A DNA stretch of 64,000 nucleotides from a virus (IMGVR_UViG_3300043571_000443:1-64000), one strand, 5' to 3'; shown: positions 8,198 through 17,228, counted from the first letter of the stretch. Notes: generated from the letters alone by a model not told the origin. A program made the numbers and translations.

Positions 8198-8380
8198 CTA
8201 GCCTAGCTGTAGCTGCATGTTGTGGAGTAGGGCGGCTACTTGGTGGTCAGTGAGGTCGTAGCGGGTCTTGGCCTGGCCAACCCAGTAAGCTGGGTCTGCT
8301 TGCCAGGGCTGGCGGGTGAGCCAGCGGGCGGCGTTCCGAAAGGTGGGGGTAGCGGCAGGGGTGGTGGTGAAGGTGGTCAT
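8198..8380 (-). CDS. hypothetical protein
   Basis: ORF with CCACTTACACCGAGGA leader and an upstream promoter. Confidence 0.6.
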   Translation of the reverse strand: MTTFTTTPAATPTFRNAARWLTRQPWQADPAYWVGQAKTRYDLTDHQVAALLHNMQLQLG

Positions 8381-8490
8381 CAGTCGGTCCTCGGTGTAAG
8401 TGGTTGGTGGGTGGGAGGAGGTTGGCTTGTCCTGGCGCTCATCACACTGTCGGTTTCCCGACTCGGCTGTTATCCGCCTCCCATGTCCCT

Positions 8491-8520
8491 AATATACCCC
8501 CACTATATCGGGCTTGTCAA
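8491..8520 (-). promoter_or_regulatory. sigma70-type promoter (GGGGTATATT class)
   Basis: TTGACA-N18-TATATT on -. Confidence 0.6.
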
Positions 8521-8607
8521 TATACCCCAGGTAAATTAGTGGCACAGTAGCTGGCACAGGCCAAGAATTGATCGGAATGATCAATAACTCAGTCAATAAC
8601 TGGCTAT

Positions 8608-8677
8608 AAAAAACCCCAGCCATGGCCGGGGTGTTTAACTCTCAAACGTGCCCGTAAGCACTCCCACGGTGGTGGGG
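8608..8677 (-). ncRNA. solitary repeat unit: repeat, 22-nt guide, terminator (crRNA-like)
   Basis: CCCCACcaccGTGGGA-GTGCTTAC, then GGGCACGTTTGAGAGTTAAACA, then CCCCGGCCATGGCTGGGG-TTTTTT. Confidence 0.6.
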
Positions 8678-8688
8678 CGGCGGTAAAG

Positions 8689-8883
8689 CTAGAACGGCGT
8701 GCCGAGGCAGTCCAAGTCGGCGGGGTCGTCCAGGTTCAGGCTGATCAGCCCGTCAATATCGGCATTTAGCCGGATCCAGACTGTGCTGCCTACCACGGAC
8801 TGCACGGTAGCCTGCATCCAGGGTTTATCGCTGGCTAGGCGGAACGATACGGGGTAGCCGGGGTGTAGGGATAGTCTGCTCAT
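8689..8883 (-). CDS. hypothetical protein
   Basis: TAATG-coupled to ssb. Confidence 0.55.
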   Translation of the reverse strand: MSRLSLHPGYPVSFRLASDKPWMQATVQSVVGSTVWIRLNADIDGLISLNLDDPADLDCLGTPF

Positions 8884-9311
8884 TAGAAGGGGATGTCCTC
8901 GTAGGTGGGCTGGCTGGGCTGGGCTGGCTGGTCCTGGCTGGGGCGCTCGGTCGATACGGCTGCAGCCGGGGAGTTCCTGACGACTTTGGCCATTTTCCAG
9001 GCCTTGACGATCAGCTTGGAGCGACGCTTGCCGGTCTCCCGGTCCTGCCAGCTTTCTTCGTCGATCTGGCCTTCGGTAATGGCTACCCGATCACCCTTAA
9101 GTAGATTGTCGCCAGCCCATTCAGCGGCACGGCCAAAGCACTTGACGGTGATCCAGGCGGAACGGACCTCGCCGGACTGGTCCTTGCCAGCATAGACAGC
9201 GATCCGCATTTCGCAGATCTTGCCGCCGCTGGCGGTAAACCGTAGCTCGGGGTCGGCCCCAAGGTTGCCGACACATTGGACTGAATTATAGGCGTAGGGT
9301 TCTGCAGGCAT
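8883..9311 (-). CDS. ssb: single-stranded DNA-binding protein
   Basis: VGNLGADPELRFT, W.DRETGKRRSK, acidic C-terminus EDIPF. Confidence 0.95.
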   Translation of the reverse strand: MPAEPYAYNSVQCVGNLGADPELRFTASGGKICEMRIAVYAGKDQSGEVRSAWITVKCFGRAAEWAGDNLLKGDRVAITEGQIDEESWQDRETGKRRSKLIVKAWKMAKVVRNSPAAAVSTERPSQDQPAQPSQPTYEDIPF

Positions 9312-9339
9312 GGTTTTGTCTCCTCTGTAAGTGTGTGGT

Positions 9340-10479
9340 CTATGCTGGTTCCCTGATCTGTATTGGCATCACCAAGTACACCTGGCTGCTGCCGGGGGCG
9401 GTGATCGTGGCTGGGCTGGTGGGGGTGTTGGTGTGCAGGATCACTTGCTCACTGCCGAATGCCTTGAGGCCATCCAGCAGGTAGTCGCCGTTAAAGGCCA
9501 TGGGATTCTTAGCTTTGCCCAGCACGTCCTCACCCTGGCCTTCGCTGGCCTCGCAGCCAACCAGCTCCCGCCCGCTGCTGCCCTCTACGTCAGCCTCCAG
9601 CACTAGCTGGCCCTGGTCCCAGCGGTGCCTGACGATGCCAGTCTTGAGGCTGACTTGGTTGGCCACCACCATGATCCGGCTTAGCGCATCGATCCAGTCT
9701 TGCCGGTTGATCATGGTCTCCACCGCAAAGGATTGGGGGATGAGTCGGCGATACTCTGGATACTGGCCCTCCAGCAGCCGGGTGGTAAATACCAGATCGC
9801 CCAGATCAAAGGTGGCGATGGTATTGTCCAGCGTTATCGTTGCTATCCCCTCAGCCTTGCCTAGGTGCTTGCCCAGGGCCTCCAGGCCACGACTAGGCAG
9901 TGTGACAGGGGTAAAGGCTTCAACGCCCTCCTGGACCACGGGGAACACGCTGAGGCGATGGCCATCGGTGGAAGCAACCTCCAGGTCATCGGCAACGGGC
10001 TGCAGGTGAATGCCACAAAGGATCTGCTTACTCTCGTCATCGCTAGCGGTGACCAAGGTGGACTCCAGGGCCCTGGCCAAGGTGCTAGCCTCCAGGGTAA
10101 GCTGCTGGCCCTCTGCCCGTTCGATCAGCGGGTAGTCCTCCCCGGGCTGGCCAGATAGGGAATACTTGCCGCCTAGGGTGTTGATGGTGGCTTGGCTGGT
10201 TTCCGTATCCCAGGTGAGATGCAGAATGCCTTCCATCCGCCCCACCATATCGGTGAATAGCTTGGCCGGTAGCAGGATCTCGCCCTCTACGGCAATGCTG
10301 GCCCTGGTCTTGGCGGTAATGGTTACCGCTCCCAGGTCACTGCCTGTCACCGCCAGGGTATCCCCCTCAGCCTTGAGCAGCAGGTTAGCCAGGACAGGGT
10401 TGCTGGGCCTGTTTGGCACCGCCCGGTTAGGCAGGGCCATGCTGTTGGCTAGGTCTTTGGCATCAATCGTTAGTTCCAT
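9340..10479 (-). CDS. dnaN: DNA polymerase III beta sliding clamp
   Basis: RPSNPVLANLLL, ASTDGHRL, RLLEGQYPEYRRLIP, AFNGDYLLDGLK, YLVMPIQ. Confidence 0.95.
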   Translation of the reverse strand: MELTIDAKDLANSMALPNRAVPNRPSNPVLANLLLKAEGDTLAVTGSDLGAVTITAKTRASIAVEGEILLPAKLFTDMVGRMEGILHLTWDTETSQATINTLGGKYSLSGQPGEDYPLIERAEGQQLTLEASTLARALESTLVTASDDESKQILCGIHLQPVADDLEVASTDGHRLSVFPVVQEGVEAFTPVTLPSRGLEALGKHLGKAEGIATITLDNTIATFDLGDLVFTTRLLEGQYPEYRRLIPQSFAVETMINRQDWIDALSRIMVVANQVSLKTGIVRHRWDQGQLVLEADVEGSSGRELVGCEASEGQGEDVLGKAKNPMAFNGDYLLDGLKAFGSEQVILHTNTPTSPATITAPGSSQVYLVMPIQIREPA

Positions 10480-11029
10480 GGGTTCTCCAGTTAGTACAAA
10501 ATTCAATCTCTGTTCCCTGGCTATTGCCGAAGCGGTGCCAGATAAACCAGGCGCTAGTCACCGAGTCGCGGATACCATCGTTGATGCTGTGGTAGTTAAA
10601 CACGATCAGTTTGGCCGGTGGGTGTTCTGCCAGCCATCTAGCCCGGTTTTCGCAGGGCTCCAGGTAGCTGAGGCGCAACAACATGGCCATGCCCACTCGG
10701 CAATTCTGGAAGGCCAGGGGCAGGATCGCTGGGGCCTGGTTGTAGGGTGGGTTGGTGATCACCCAGTCGTAGCAGGCCATCCGGGCCCAGGCTTGTGGAT
10801 CCGTGGCGTCCATGGTCAGTGCAGCGGGCTTGGTTTCGTCAATGTCGGCGGTATCCACCAGGCGGAACAAGCCAGACTCCTTCAGTACGTCGCTGATCGC
10901 ACCCTCGCCATTGCAGGGTTCCAGCACGGTGGCCTGGTTGCGCCAGGGGACAAAGCGATGGCTATCCAGCAAGGCCCAGGTGAGCAGGCCGGGGGTGGGA
11001 TAGAAGTCGAGGGGTTGGCGGGCAAGCAT
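10463..11029 (-). CDS. phage DNA adenine methyltransferase
   Basis: DFYPTP, LEPCNGEGAI (motif I), WVITNPPY (motif IV), LLRLSYLEP. Confidence 0.85.
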   Translation of the reverse strand: MLARQPLDFYPTPGLLTWALLDSHRFVPWRNQATVLEPCNGEGAISDVLKESGLFRLVDTADIDETKPAALTMDATDPQAWARMACYDWVITNPPYNQAPAILPLAFQNCRVGMAMLLRLSYLEPCENRARWLAEHPPAKLIVFNYHSINDGIRDSVTSAWFIWHRFGNSQGTEIEFCTNWRTHGTND

Positions 11030-11104
11030 GGCGGTTGTCCTTAAGTGTGTGGCTGATGGCTGGCGGCTTATGATTGGGTTTCAATACGGCAAAACACCGC
11101 CATT

Positions 11105-11308
11105 CTAGCCATTGCGCTGAGCCCGTTCGGCGGCGGCTAGCGTTGTTAGATCAGTTCCTAGGGCCGCTGCCAGATCCTCCATAGCCGCAGGGCTCAGGTG
11201 AGGGAATGATCTGCCAGCATCCCAATTACGGACGGTAGACACGGAGACATCTAGTTTCCGCGCCAATTGCTCCTGAGTGAGGCCGGAGGCCACCCTTAGG
11301 GATTTCAT
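11105..11308 (-). CDS. XRE/Cro-type HTH regulator
   Basis: LRVASGLTQEQLARKLDVSVSTVRNWDAG; GGAG RBS; divergent from 11588. Confidence 0.9.
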   Translation of the reverse strand: MKSLRVASGLTQEQLARKLDVSVSTVRNWDAGRSFPHLSPAAMEDLAAALGTDLTTLAAAERAQRNG

Positions 11309-11434
11309 AGTTATCTCCTCTTGGCTGGACATTCCCAATTATCACGCAGATCTCCCAAATCAGGGTAACACAATACCTGATGCTTTCTTGGGATACCTAT
11401 AAGCGATAGCTATTAGAATATTGCTATTAATGAG

Positions 11435-11464
11435 TTGACAGATACCAAGCCCAGGCCCTACTAT
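11435..11464 (+). promoter_or_regulatory. sigma70-type promoter in the divergent switch region
   Basis: TTGACA-N18-TACTAT in an AT-rich intergenic region. Confidence 0.5.
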
Positions 11465-11587
11465 TGAAATATCGACAGCAACCCACAGCCGCTAGCTAAT
11501 AGCCGGGTTCTGTCAGTCCAGAGAAAAGGGGTCCGTCGCGCCAACGACTCGCCCCAAGTTCAATCCACTTACAAAGGATCTTCCCTA

Positions 11588-11914
11588 ATGATACGCCAAA
11601 TTTCCGTAACCGTCCTGGCCGCTTCCCTTTCCCTGTCTGCCCTGCCCACTATGCCCTCCGCGACTGCCGTGGCCTCGCGTGGGGACGGCTACTGCCCATC
11701 GGAGCGCTACAGCTCCGATCCCGACTGTGCCCGCGAAGGCGCTCAACAGTTGAACAAGTCTAGCCGCGACGAGTATCCTCGCTGCCGCAATTGGAGAGCG
11801 GGCCAGCCCCGCCCCGCTGGCTGTCGCCGCAGCGCTGCCGTGCTAGCCAGCGCCGAAAGCGACAAGCGGGATCAATGGCCAGATCGCACCCCTCAGCCTG
11901 GCCACCTGGGCTAG
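11588..11914 (+). CDS. small secreted protein with 4 Cys
   Basis: Signal-peptide-like N-terminus; CCACTTACA leader. Confidence 0.55.
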   Translation: MIRQISVTVLAASLSLSALPTMPSATAVASRGDGYCPSERYSSDPDCAREGAQQLNKSSRDEYPRCRNWRAGQPRPAGCRRSAAVLASAESDKRDQWPDRTPQPGHLG

Positions 11915-11985
11915 AGTCCCCTGGGGCTGGCCCTCGCTGGCCCCAACTTGTTCCGCCACATCCACACCACTTACAGAGAACCACC

Positions 11986-12270
11986 ATGTATCCCACTACC
12001 ATCGAACGCTACGAGCCCACCGTCCTGGACCTAGTCCAAGAGCCGATCAGCGACGATCCCCGAGTGAAAATTTACGTCGCCCAGGTCATCTACCCTTCCG
12101 GGGAATGGTTTAACCTTCATGTCCGGGTCATCCCTGGCCGTGGTGAAGTGTTCCTAGCCACTCAGCTAGCTGGGATCTTTGTTGATGAAGTCCCTGGGGC
12201 CAGGATAGGCGATGTGTCCTGCCCCGCTGATGTGCGGGCCGAAGTGTTTTCTGACGACGACGAATTCTAA
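11986..12270 (+). CDS. hypothetical protein
   Basis: ATG after CCACTTACAGAGA leader. Confidence 0.55.
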   Translation: MYPTTIERYEPTVLDLVQEPISDDPRVKIYVAQVIYPSGEWFNLHVRVIPGRGEVFLATQLAGIFVDEVPGARIGDVSCPADVRAEVFSDDDEF

Positions 12271-12309
12271 ACCACGCTGGGGCCTCCGGGCCCCTTAGGA
12301 GAACCACCC

Positions 12310-12786
12310 ATGGCCGCAACTTTACTGACTGCTACCGTCGAGACCATTGGCAAGCCTAAGACCAGCAAGTACGAAGGCAAGCCCGACTACCGCCCGGTGG
12401 CCTTCAAGCTGCCGGATGGTAGCGAAGTTTGGCGCAACTACAACGTTGGATCGCCTGAACTAGCTTGGCTGCAACGTGGCCAGGCTTACCAAGTAGTCCT
12501 TGACGGCGACAGCGTGACTCCAGTGCAGCCGGAGCAAGCCACTAGCCAGCCACAGGCCCAGCCTAGCCAGCCTGCTACTGGCTATCAGTCAGCGCCCAGG
12601 CTAGACCAGATGGCCAGGGAGGAAAAGGCTGAAATTATCAGCTACATCACCTCCCTGGCTGGCCTCTACGCCTACGCCTACCAACAGGCCCAGGCTACGC
12701 TGACGCCCCATGGCGCACCCCTGGAGGCGATCCAGGCGGCTGCATCTACCACATTCATCCAGGCTGCTAGGCGCTTTCAACTGTGA
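12310..12786 (+). CDS. hypothetical protein
   Basis: AGGAG RBS; two domains joined by a Q/P linker. Confidence 0.65.
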   Translation: MAATLLTATVETIGKPKTSKYEGKPDYRPVAFKLPDGSEVWRNYNVGSPELAWLQRGQAYQVVLDGDSVTPVQPEQATSQPQAQPSQPATGYQSAPRLDQMAREEKAEIISYITSLAGLYAYAYQQAQATLTPHGAPLEAIQAAASTTFIQAARRFQL

Positions 12787-12964
12787 GCGCCACCATCGCC
12801 CGGCTGCGCCCCTGCCTGGCTGGGCGGCTATCCATTTTCCTGCACACACGGGCCCAGCACCTGCGCCAGATCATTGCTAGGCACCCTAAGGATAGGGCTG
12901 CACAGCAAGAGCTAGAGCTAGTGCTAGCCCAGATCAAGTACCTGCCTTTTATCGAGGAATAAGC

Positions 12965-13174
12965 ATGAACCTGCTACCCGCTGACCCGACCCGCGCCGAA
13001 ATCCTGTCCTGCGCCATCGCCTACCTAGCCTACTGGCGGGGTGAGCTGGAGTCTGCGCTAGATGCAGCCAATGTGCTGCACAACAACATCAATGCCCTCC
13101 AGGGCGACTTAGCCGCTGCCCTGTTTGCTGAAATGGCCAAGGTGAACCAGGCCCGGCTGGAGGAAGAACCATGA
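12965..13174 (+). CDS. hypothetical protein
   Basis: GAGG RBS; operon context. Confidence 0.5.
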   Translation: MNLLPADPTRAEILSCAIAYLAYWRGELESALDAANVLHNNINALQGDLAAALFAEMAKVNQARLEEEP

Positions 13175-13317
13175 AACGACGCAAGTCTTTGGCCGACAAC
13201 GTGGCCGCTGAACTACGCCGGGAACTACGGCAACAGCAGCAAGGCCAGGAAACACAGCAAAGCCAGCAACAGGGCTGGTAGGAAACCCTGCAGCAACAAC
13301 TAGACGAGGTGTATTGA
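13171..13317 (+). CDS. hypothetical Gln-rich 48-aa protein
   Basis: ATGA overlap with the previous ORF; fills the operon gap. Confidence 0.4.
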
Positions 13318-13318
13318 T

Positions 13319-13507
13319 ATGGCAACCTATGTTTTTCAGTGGGAAAAAGTTTATTCCCGGGGGATGGTAGAAGGCAGCTCCACTATCCAGATCACCAGCG
13401 GAGACATCCGCATGGGTATCACTGCGGCTCAATTGCAGATCGCTCAGATCCATGCAGTGTCTCCGAACCAAGTCCACATCCGCGACATCCAGCGGATCCA
13501 TGTTTAA
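13319..13507 (+). CDS. hypothetical protein
   Basis: GAGGT RBS; operon context. Confidence 0.5.
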   Translation: MATYVFQWEKVYSRGMVEGSSTIQITSGDIRMGITAAQLQIAQIHAVSPNQVHIRDIQRIHV

Positions 13508-13550
13508 CACCCTGGGGGGAGACTAACCAGGCCACTTACAGAGGAAGACT

Positions 13551-13697
13551 ATGAACACCATCCAACCCGCCGATCTGCCCGTGCCCGCCAGCCAAGGCAT
13601 TGCCAGCCCAGTCGATGCAGCCCTGTTTGCGGTGACTGGTGCCGTTGTGATTGCCATTGCCGCAGCGGAAAACCGGGAGAAAGGCAAGAAAAAGTAA
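13551..13697 (+). CDS. small hydrophobic protein
   Basis: CCACTTACAGAGGA leader; terminator at 13717-13738. Confidence 0.45.
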   Translation: MNTIQPADLPVPASQGIASPVDAALFAVTGAVVIAIAAAENREKGKKK

Positions 13698-13756
13698 GTC
13701 TTTTGCTGCCACCCAAGCCCCGGGCTGGCCGGGGTTTTATCTTGACTCTGGCGAGT

Positions 13757-13819
13757 CCCCACCCTGGTGGGAGTGTTTCAATTTGCAGTTTGCTATCCCA
13801 CTTTGGTGGGAGCAAAACC
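13757..13819 (+). CRISPR. two-repeat mini-array with a 15-nt spacer
   Basis: CCCCACcctgGTGGGA-GTGTTTCA, ATTTGCAGTTTGCTA, TCCCACtttgGTGGGA-GCAAAACC; flanked by terminators at 13717 and 13867. Confidence 0.7.
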
Positions 13820-13909
13820 CAAACGTAAGCAAATTGCGGTAGACTGGATTTGTTAGATGCACTTCAGCCCCGGCCACCCGGGGTTTTTTGTTGTGGGCAT
13901 CCTGGATCC

Positions 13910-14533
13910 ATGGCAACCAAGAAACCCACACCAAAGCTACGATCCAAGCACGCCCCCAAGCCAGCTCCTGGTGCTAGGCGGGGTAACCGGCAGGTGGTAA
14001 AGACTTCCGGCCAGCCTGCTACGCCAGCCTGCAAGGAGCGGGCCTTTGAGCTGTACTGCGAGCTGGGGCCACAATGGGCCGAAATATCTAGGCGACTGAA
14101 GGGCGAAGGCTTTGACCGCTGTGGCAATACGACGATCAGCGGCTGGGCCAAGGCAGGCGACTGGCACGCCAGGAAGCTAGCTATGACTGAAGCGCCAGGC
14201 GAGGCGGCAAAGGTGCCCCACAAGACCAAGGCAGCACCGCCCCCACCGCCAGCGACAGACCTGGGCAGCTACCGCACCAAGAAAACCAACCTGGAGCATG
14301 TCAGGACGGCCATTGAGCAGGTGGTGCAGTCCATCTGTGATGCACGGGCCACCAGCGACCTGCGGGCCATTGGTAGCCTAGCAACGGCGTTGGTAAAGCT
14401 GATTGAACTTGAGGGGAAATTAAGCCCCGCCACGGCAGCCGAACTAGCGGCTAGGGCCGTAGAGCTGGGTATGGATCCAGAACAATTTGTGGCGGCATTG
14501 GCAGAGCAATGGCGGATCGCCAAAGCTGGGTAA
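13910..14533 (+). CDS. putative terminase small subunit (HTH)
   Basis: KERAFELY...EISRRL...TTISGWAKAGDW pattern; preceded by the GGGCA..CT motif. Confidence 0.55.
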   Translation: MATKKPTPKLRSKHAPKPAPGARRGNRQVVKTSGQPATPACKERAFELYCELGPQWAEISRRLKGEGFDRCGNTTISGWAKAGDWHARKLAMTEAPGEAAKVPHKTKAAPPPPPATDLGSYRTKKTNLEHVRTAIEQVVQSICDARATSDLRAIGSLATALVKLIELEGKLSPATAAELAARAVELGMDPEQFVAALAEQWRIAKAG

Positions 14534-15017
14534 GCGCTCCCACGGGGTGGGGTTGCTCAGGGCAAAGAATAACTCCCACGATGGTGGGGTGATCTAGCGA
14601 CCGGAGCGACTCCCACCGAAGTGGGGCTGGGCTGCTGGGTTTGGAAAAACCCCCACCGAAGTGGAGAGGCGTTTGCGAACAGGCCGGGGAGGGGCCGGGG
14701 GCCGGGGCATGGTGGGGAGAAACCCCCACCGAAGTGGGGAGGTGGTTGCGAGTTGTCAAGGCTGACTTTGAAGCTGGCGTGGCGGTCGAGAAACCCCCAC
14801 CGCAGTGGGGAGGTGCTTGCGAGTGTGCTTAGCAGAGCCCTTGATGCCAGCCTAGGCGACGAGAAACCCCCACCGAAGTGGGGTGTGCTTTGCGAGAACC
14901 CGCTGATCGAGGGCTTGACGCTTCGAGACTGGGAGAAACCCCCACCGAAGCGGGGAGGTCTTTGCGAGCAGTTAGGACAAATTGACTCGAAGACGGAAAA
15001 ACCCCCACCGGAGTGGG
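14530..15017 (-). CRISPR. Array C: same 37-nt repeat family as array B plus three distal minimal units
   Basis: Partial repeat 14995-15017; full repeats at 14932, 14860, 14787, 14716, 14643; spacers 26, 35, 36, 34, 36 nt, then 16, 13, 13 nt. Confidence 0.93.
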
Positions 15018-15070
15018 ATCCACCACTGTCACCACAAATTGTCAATGTCCTGCCTACCACTATAGCACAC
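15018..15070 (-). promoter_or_regulatory. array leader C
   Basis: TGTGTGC-TATAGT-GGTAGGCA-GGACATTGACAA on -. Confidence 0.7.
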
Positions 15071-15117
15071 ATCCACCAACCTGGGCACCCTATAAAAAAT
15101 TCTCTGAGGGATCCACC

Positions 15118-15270
15118 ATGAGCGAGGACATCAAGCGCCAAGTTCAAGCCATTGCACTGGAGATTGCCCGCCGCGAGGTCTTTGAACACGAGCTCCGCTT
15201 CACTCTGTCCGGTGCCCTGCTGGGCGCTGTCGCGGTGCTGTCCTGGCTGGTAGCCACGGGGCGGTTCTAG
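15118..15270 (+). CDS. small membrane protein
   Basis: C-terminal TM segment; GGGCACCCTA motif at 15083 and GAGG RBS. Confidence 0.5.
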   Translation: MSEDIKRQVQAIALEIARREVFEHELRFTLSGALLGAVAVLSWLVATGRF

Positions 15271-15272
15271 GG

Positions 15273-15707
15273 CTACGACACCTTGATCTCGCCATCCTGG
15301 GAACCGGCATAGCCCTCTTTGGCCAGCAGGAACCGGCCATCATAGCCATCCCCCACAAAAGCCCGCACAGCTTCGTAACCGACTGGCTGGATATACCAGA
15401 CATAGGCAAAGTTCTTGGCCTCAGCGGTGCCTAGCAGGGTGCCTAGCTGGGCCGCTGTCACCTGGAGTAGGCCAGCCTGGCTGCTAGCGGTATTGGTGCT
15501 GCGGGTAATGCCAGAGCCTATGCTGAGCGACAGCGCTGGCGTAGTGCTGATCGGCTTAAACTTTTTGTCCAGCTCGAAAAACCGTACCGATATACTGGCA
15601 TTGGTGTAGTTGGTGGCAGTATCCGCACTAGGGCGGGTGAATCGCCAGGTTAGCCCGGCTAGGCCAGCTCCCACCAGCACCGTCTTTCCGTTCAAAGCAT
15701 CAGTCAC
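15273..15707 (-). CDS. putative virion structural protein
   Basis: Last gene of the tail-fibre operon; GTG start overlapping the previous stop (ORF can extend to 15749). Confidence 0.5.
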   Translation of the reverse strand: MTDALNGKTVLVGAGLAGLTWRFTRPSADTATNYTNASISVRFFELDKKFKPISTTPALSLSIGSGITRSTNTASSQAGLLQVTAAQLGTLLGTAEAKNFAYVWYIQPVGYEAVRAFVGDGYDGRFLLAKEGYAGSQDGEIKVS

Positions 15708-15987
15708 AGTCGCAGTCCTCCAGGCTAAGTGTGGGTGCAATGGATCCAATATTCAACCCTGCGATAATGGCCGCTACCGCTAGGGCTGGGGCCAGGGTGG
15801 TCAGATCCAGGCTAGGAATAGTGCTAGCCAGTTCCAGGCTAGGATGCTGGGCTAGCAGGTCCAGGGCAGGGGCAAGGCTATCCAGGTGGATGCAGGGGAT
15901 GCACTTGAGCAGGCGTAGCCCCAGGATCAGGCCAGGGTGCAGGCCAAGGGGATAGAGGGTGCCGGTTAGGCCGAGGGGGTAGATCAT
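15700..15987 (-). CDS. hypothetical Leu/Pro-repeat protein
   Basis: ATGA coupling in the operon. Confidence 0.5.
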   Translation of the reverse strand: MIYPLGLTGTLYPLGLHPGLILGLRLLKCIPCIHLDSLAPALDLLAQHPSLELASTIPSLDLTTLAPALAVAAIIAGLNIGSIAPTLSLEDCDCD

Positions 15988-16403
15988 GGCAATGGCACCC
16001 GGTCGACGGCAGACTGGGCGTCGATGGCAGGGTTGCCCTGATCGTCTTGTAGGGCAAATACTTTCCGCACGGTGCCATCCGGGTTGTATTGGGTGGCAGT
16101 GCTATTGGGGTAGTCGATCTTGAAGCGCCCCAGGGTAAAGGCTTGGGCCAGGGCCAGGGTGCTAGCAATGTCCGGGTTCACAGCACCCACCACATCGACC
16201 CCAAGCGGCACGGCCCCAGCGTTGGCAAACCAGCGCACCTCGCCGCCTGCATCAGGTAGCTCCACTACCGCCCGCCAGATGCCGCCGCCCAGGTGGGTAG
16301 GATTTTGCAAAGCACCCAGGGTGGTGCCGTCGAATAGGCGATACTGCACCCCGCTGGTATAGCGAGAGCCCAGGATCGCAGCACTGGTGATAGTTTGGGT
16401 CAT
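15984..16403 (-). CDS. putative virion protein
   Basis: TAATG coupling in the operon. Confidence 0.6.
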   Translation of the reverse strand: MTQTITSAAILGSRYTSGVQYRLFDGTTLGALQNPTHLGGGIWRAVVELPDAGGEVRWFANAGAVPLGVDVVGAVNPDIASTLALAQAFTLGRFKIDYPNSTATQYNPDGTVRKVFALQDDQGNPAIDAQSAVDRVPLP

Positions 16404-16702
16404 TAGGCGACTCCTATGGCAGTAATAGCGCCATCGGTGCGGGTAATGGTCTTGGTACGCACTACCGCAGGGCTGCGGGTGTAGTCAGTCTCGGTGATGC
16501 TGGTAATGGCGCCATTGGTGCGGGTGATGTCTTTGCGGTATAGCTCCGCCCCGCCATTGCTGACATAGATGCTAATCCGCGTAATAGCGCCATTGGTGCG
16601 AGTAATGGTCTTGTAGAACGGTTCAGGCCGCAAGGAGACCAAGGGCAGGACGCTGGTGGTTTCCAGGTTGCCCGAACCGTTTAGCTGGATTGCCTTTGCC
16701 AT
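16403..16702 (-). CDS. putative virion protein with 3x ITRT(N/D)GAIT repeats
   Basis: Internal repeats visible in DNA and protein. Confidence 0.6.
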   Translation of the reverse strand: MAKAIQLNGSGNLETTSVLPLVSLRPEPFYKTITRTNGAITRISIYVSNGGAELYRKDITRTNGAITSITETDYTRSPAVVRTKTITRTDGAITAIGVA

Positions 16703-16706
16703 GGCG

Positions 16707-17228
16707 CTACACCACTGTCAAGGTGATAGGTGGGTCATTTTCAAACACAATTGACGTGGCTGAAATCGCATTGCCAAGTCGTTGTAGGATGACGTTCGCG
16801 CCAGGGGTGGCAGGGGCGGTAGACGAGAAGGCCCCTGCCGCTGTGGCGCTCAAGAATACCGTGCCCACTGTGGCACCGGTGACGGCGGTATTGCGCCCAG
16901 ATAGGTACACCGTGGCATTAGCGGGAGAGGTCACCCCCGTCAGCACATAGCCAAAAGCTTGTCGTCCGTTACTTGCATCTGCTTTCCTGGCGGTTGGAGT
17001 GCCGGAGTTGTCAAAGATATTCACAAAGTCGCCAGCCGTCAGGTTTTCACTGGTGGGCAAGAGTACCGTCTGAAGCTCAACCCCAGGGGGCAAGAAGGTG
17101 GTATCCAGCAGACCCGAGCTATTGGTAGCGATCAGCTTGTTGGCGTCGCCTGCCCCAGCACTGCTGCTAGGCGCTTCGGTTAGGGTAGTGGTGCCGCTTA
17201 CAACGGTCAAAAACTTTTTCGTAGTCAT
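16707..17228 (-). CDS. putative virion fibre or decoration protein
   Basis: SAGAGDANKL..TNSSGLLD, ENLTAGDFVNI..ARKADAS, VFLSAT pattern of phage fibre-type proteins. Confidence 0.6.
   Translation of the reverse strand: MTTKKFLTVVSGTTTLTEAPSSSAGAGDANKLIATNSSGLLDTTFLPPGVELQTVLLPTSENLTAGDFVNIFDNSGTPTARKADASNGRQAFGYVLTGVTSPANATVYLSGRNTAVTGATVGTVFLSATAAGAFSSTAPATPGANVILQRLGNAISATSIVFENDPPITLTVV

Noticed and set aside
10166-11044. Long antisense ORFs (also 9500-10009, 43914-44591, 60100-60846)
   Set aside because: Shadows of well-supported genes on the opposite strand
13884-13894. Self-targets for short guides (2852 guide here, 23464 guide near 51518, 14.59-kb guide near 21744)
   Set aside because: Only 10-11 informative bases and inconsistent flanking PAMs, so general self-targeting is unsupported
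14680-14715. G-quadruplex-like tract
   Set aside because: It is a normal-length spacer of array C; no evidence of a separate function
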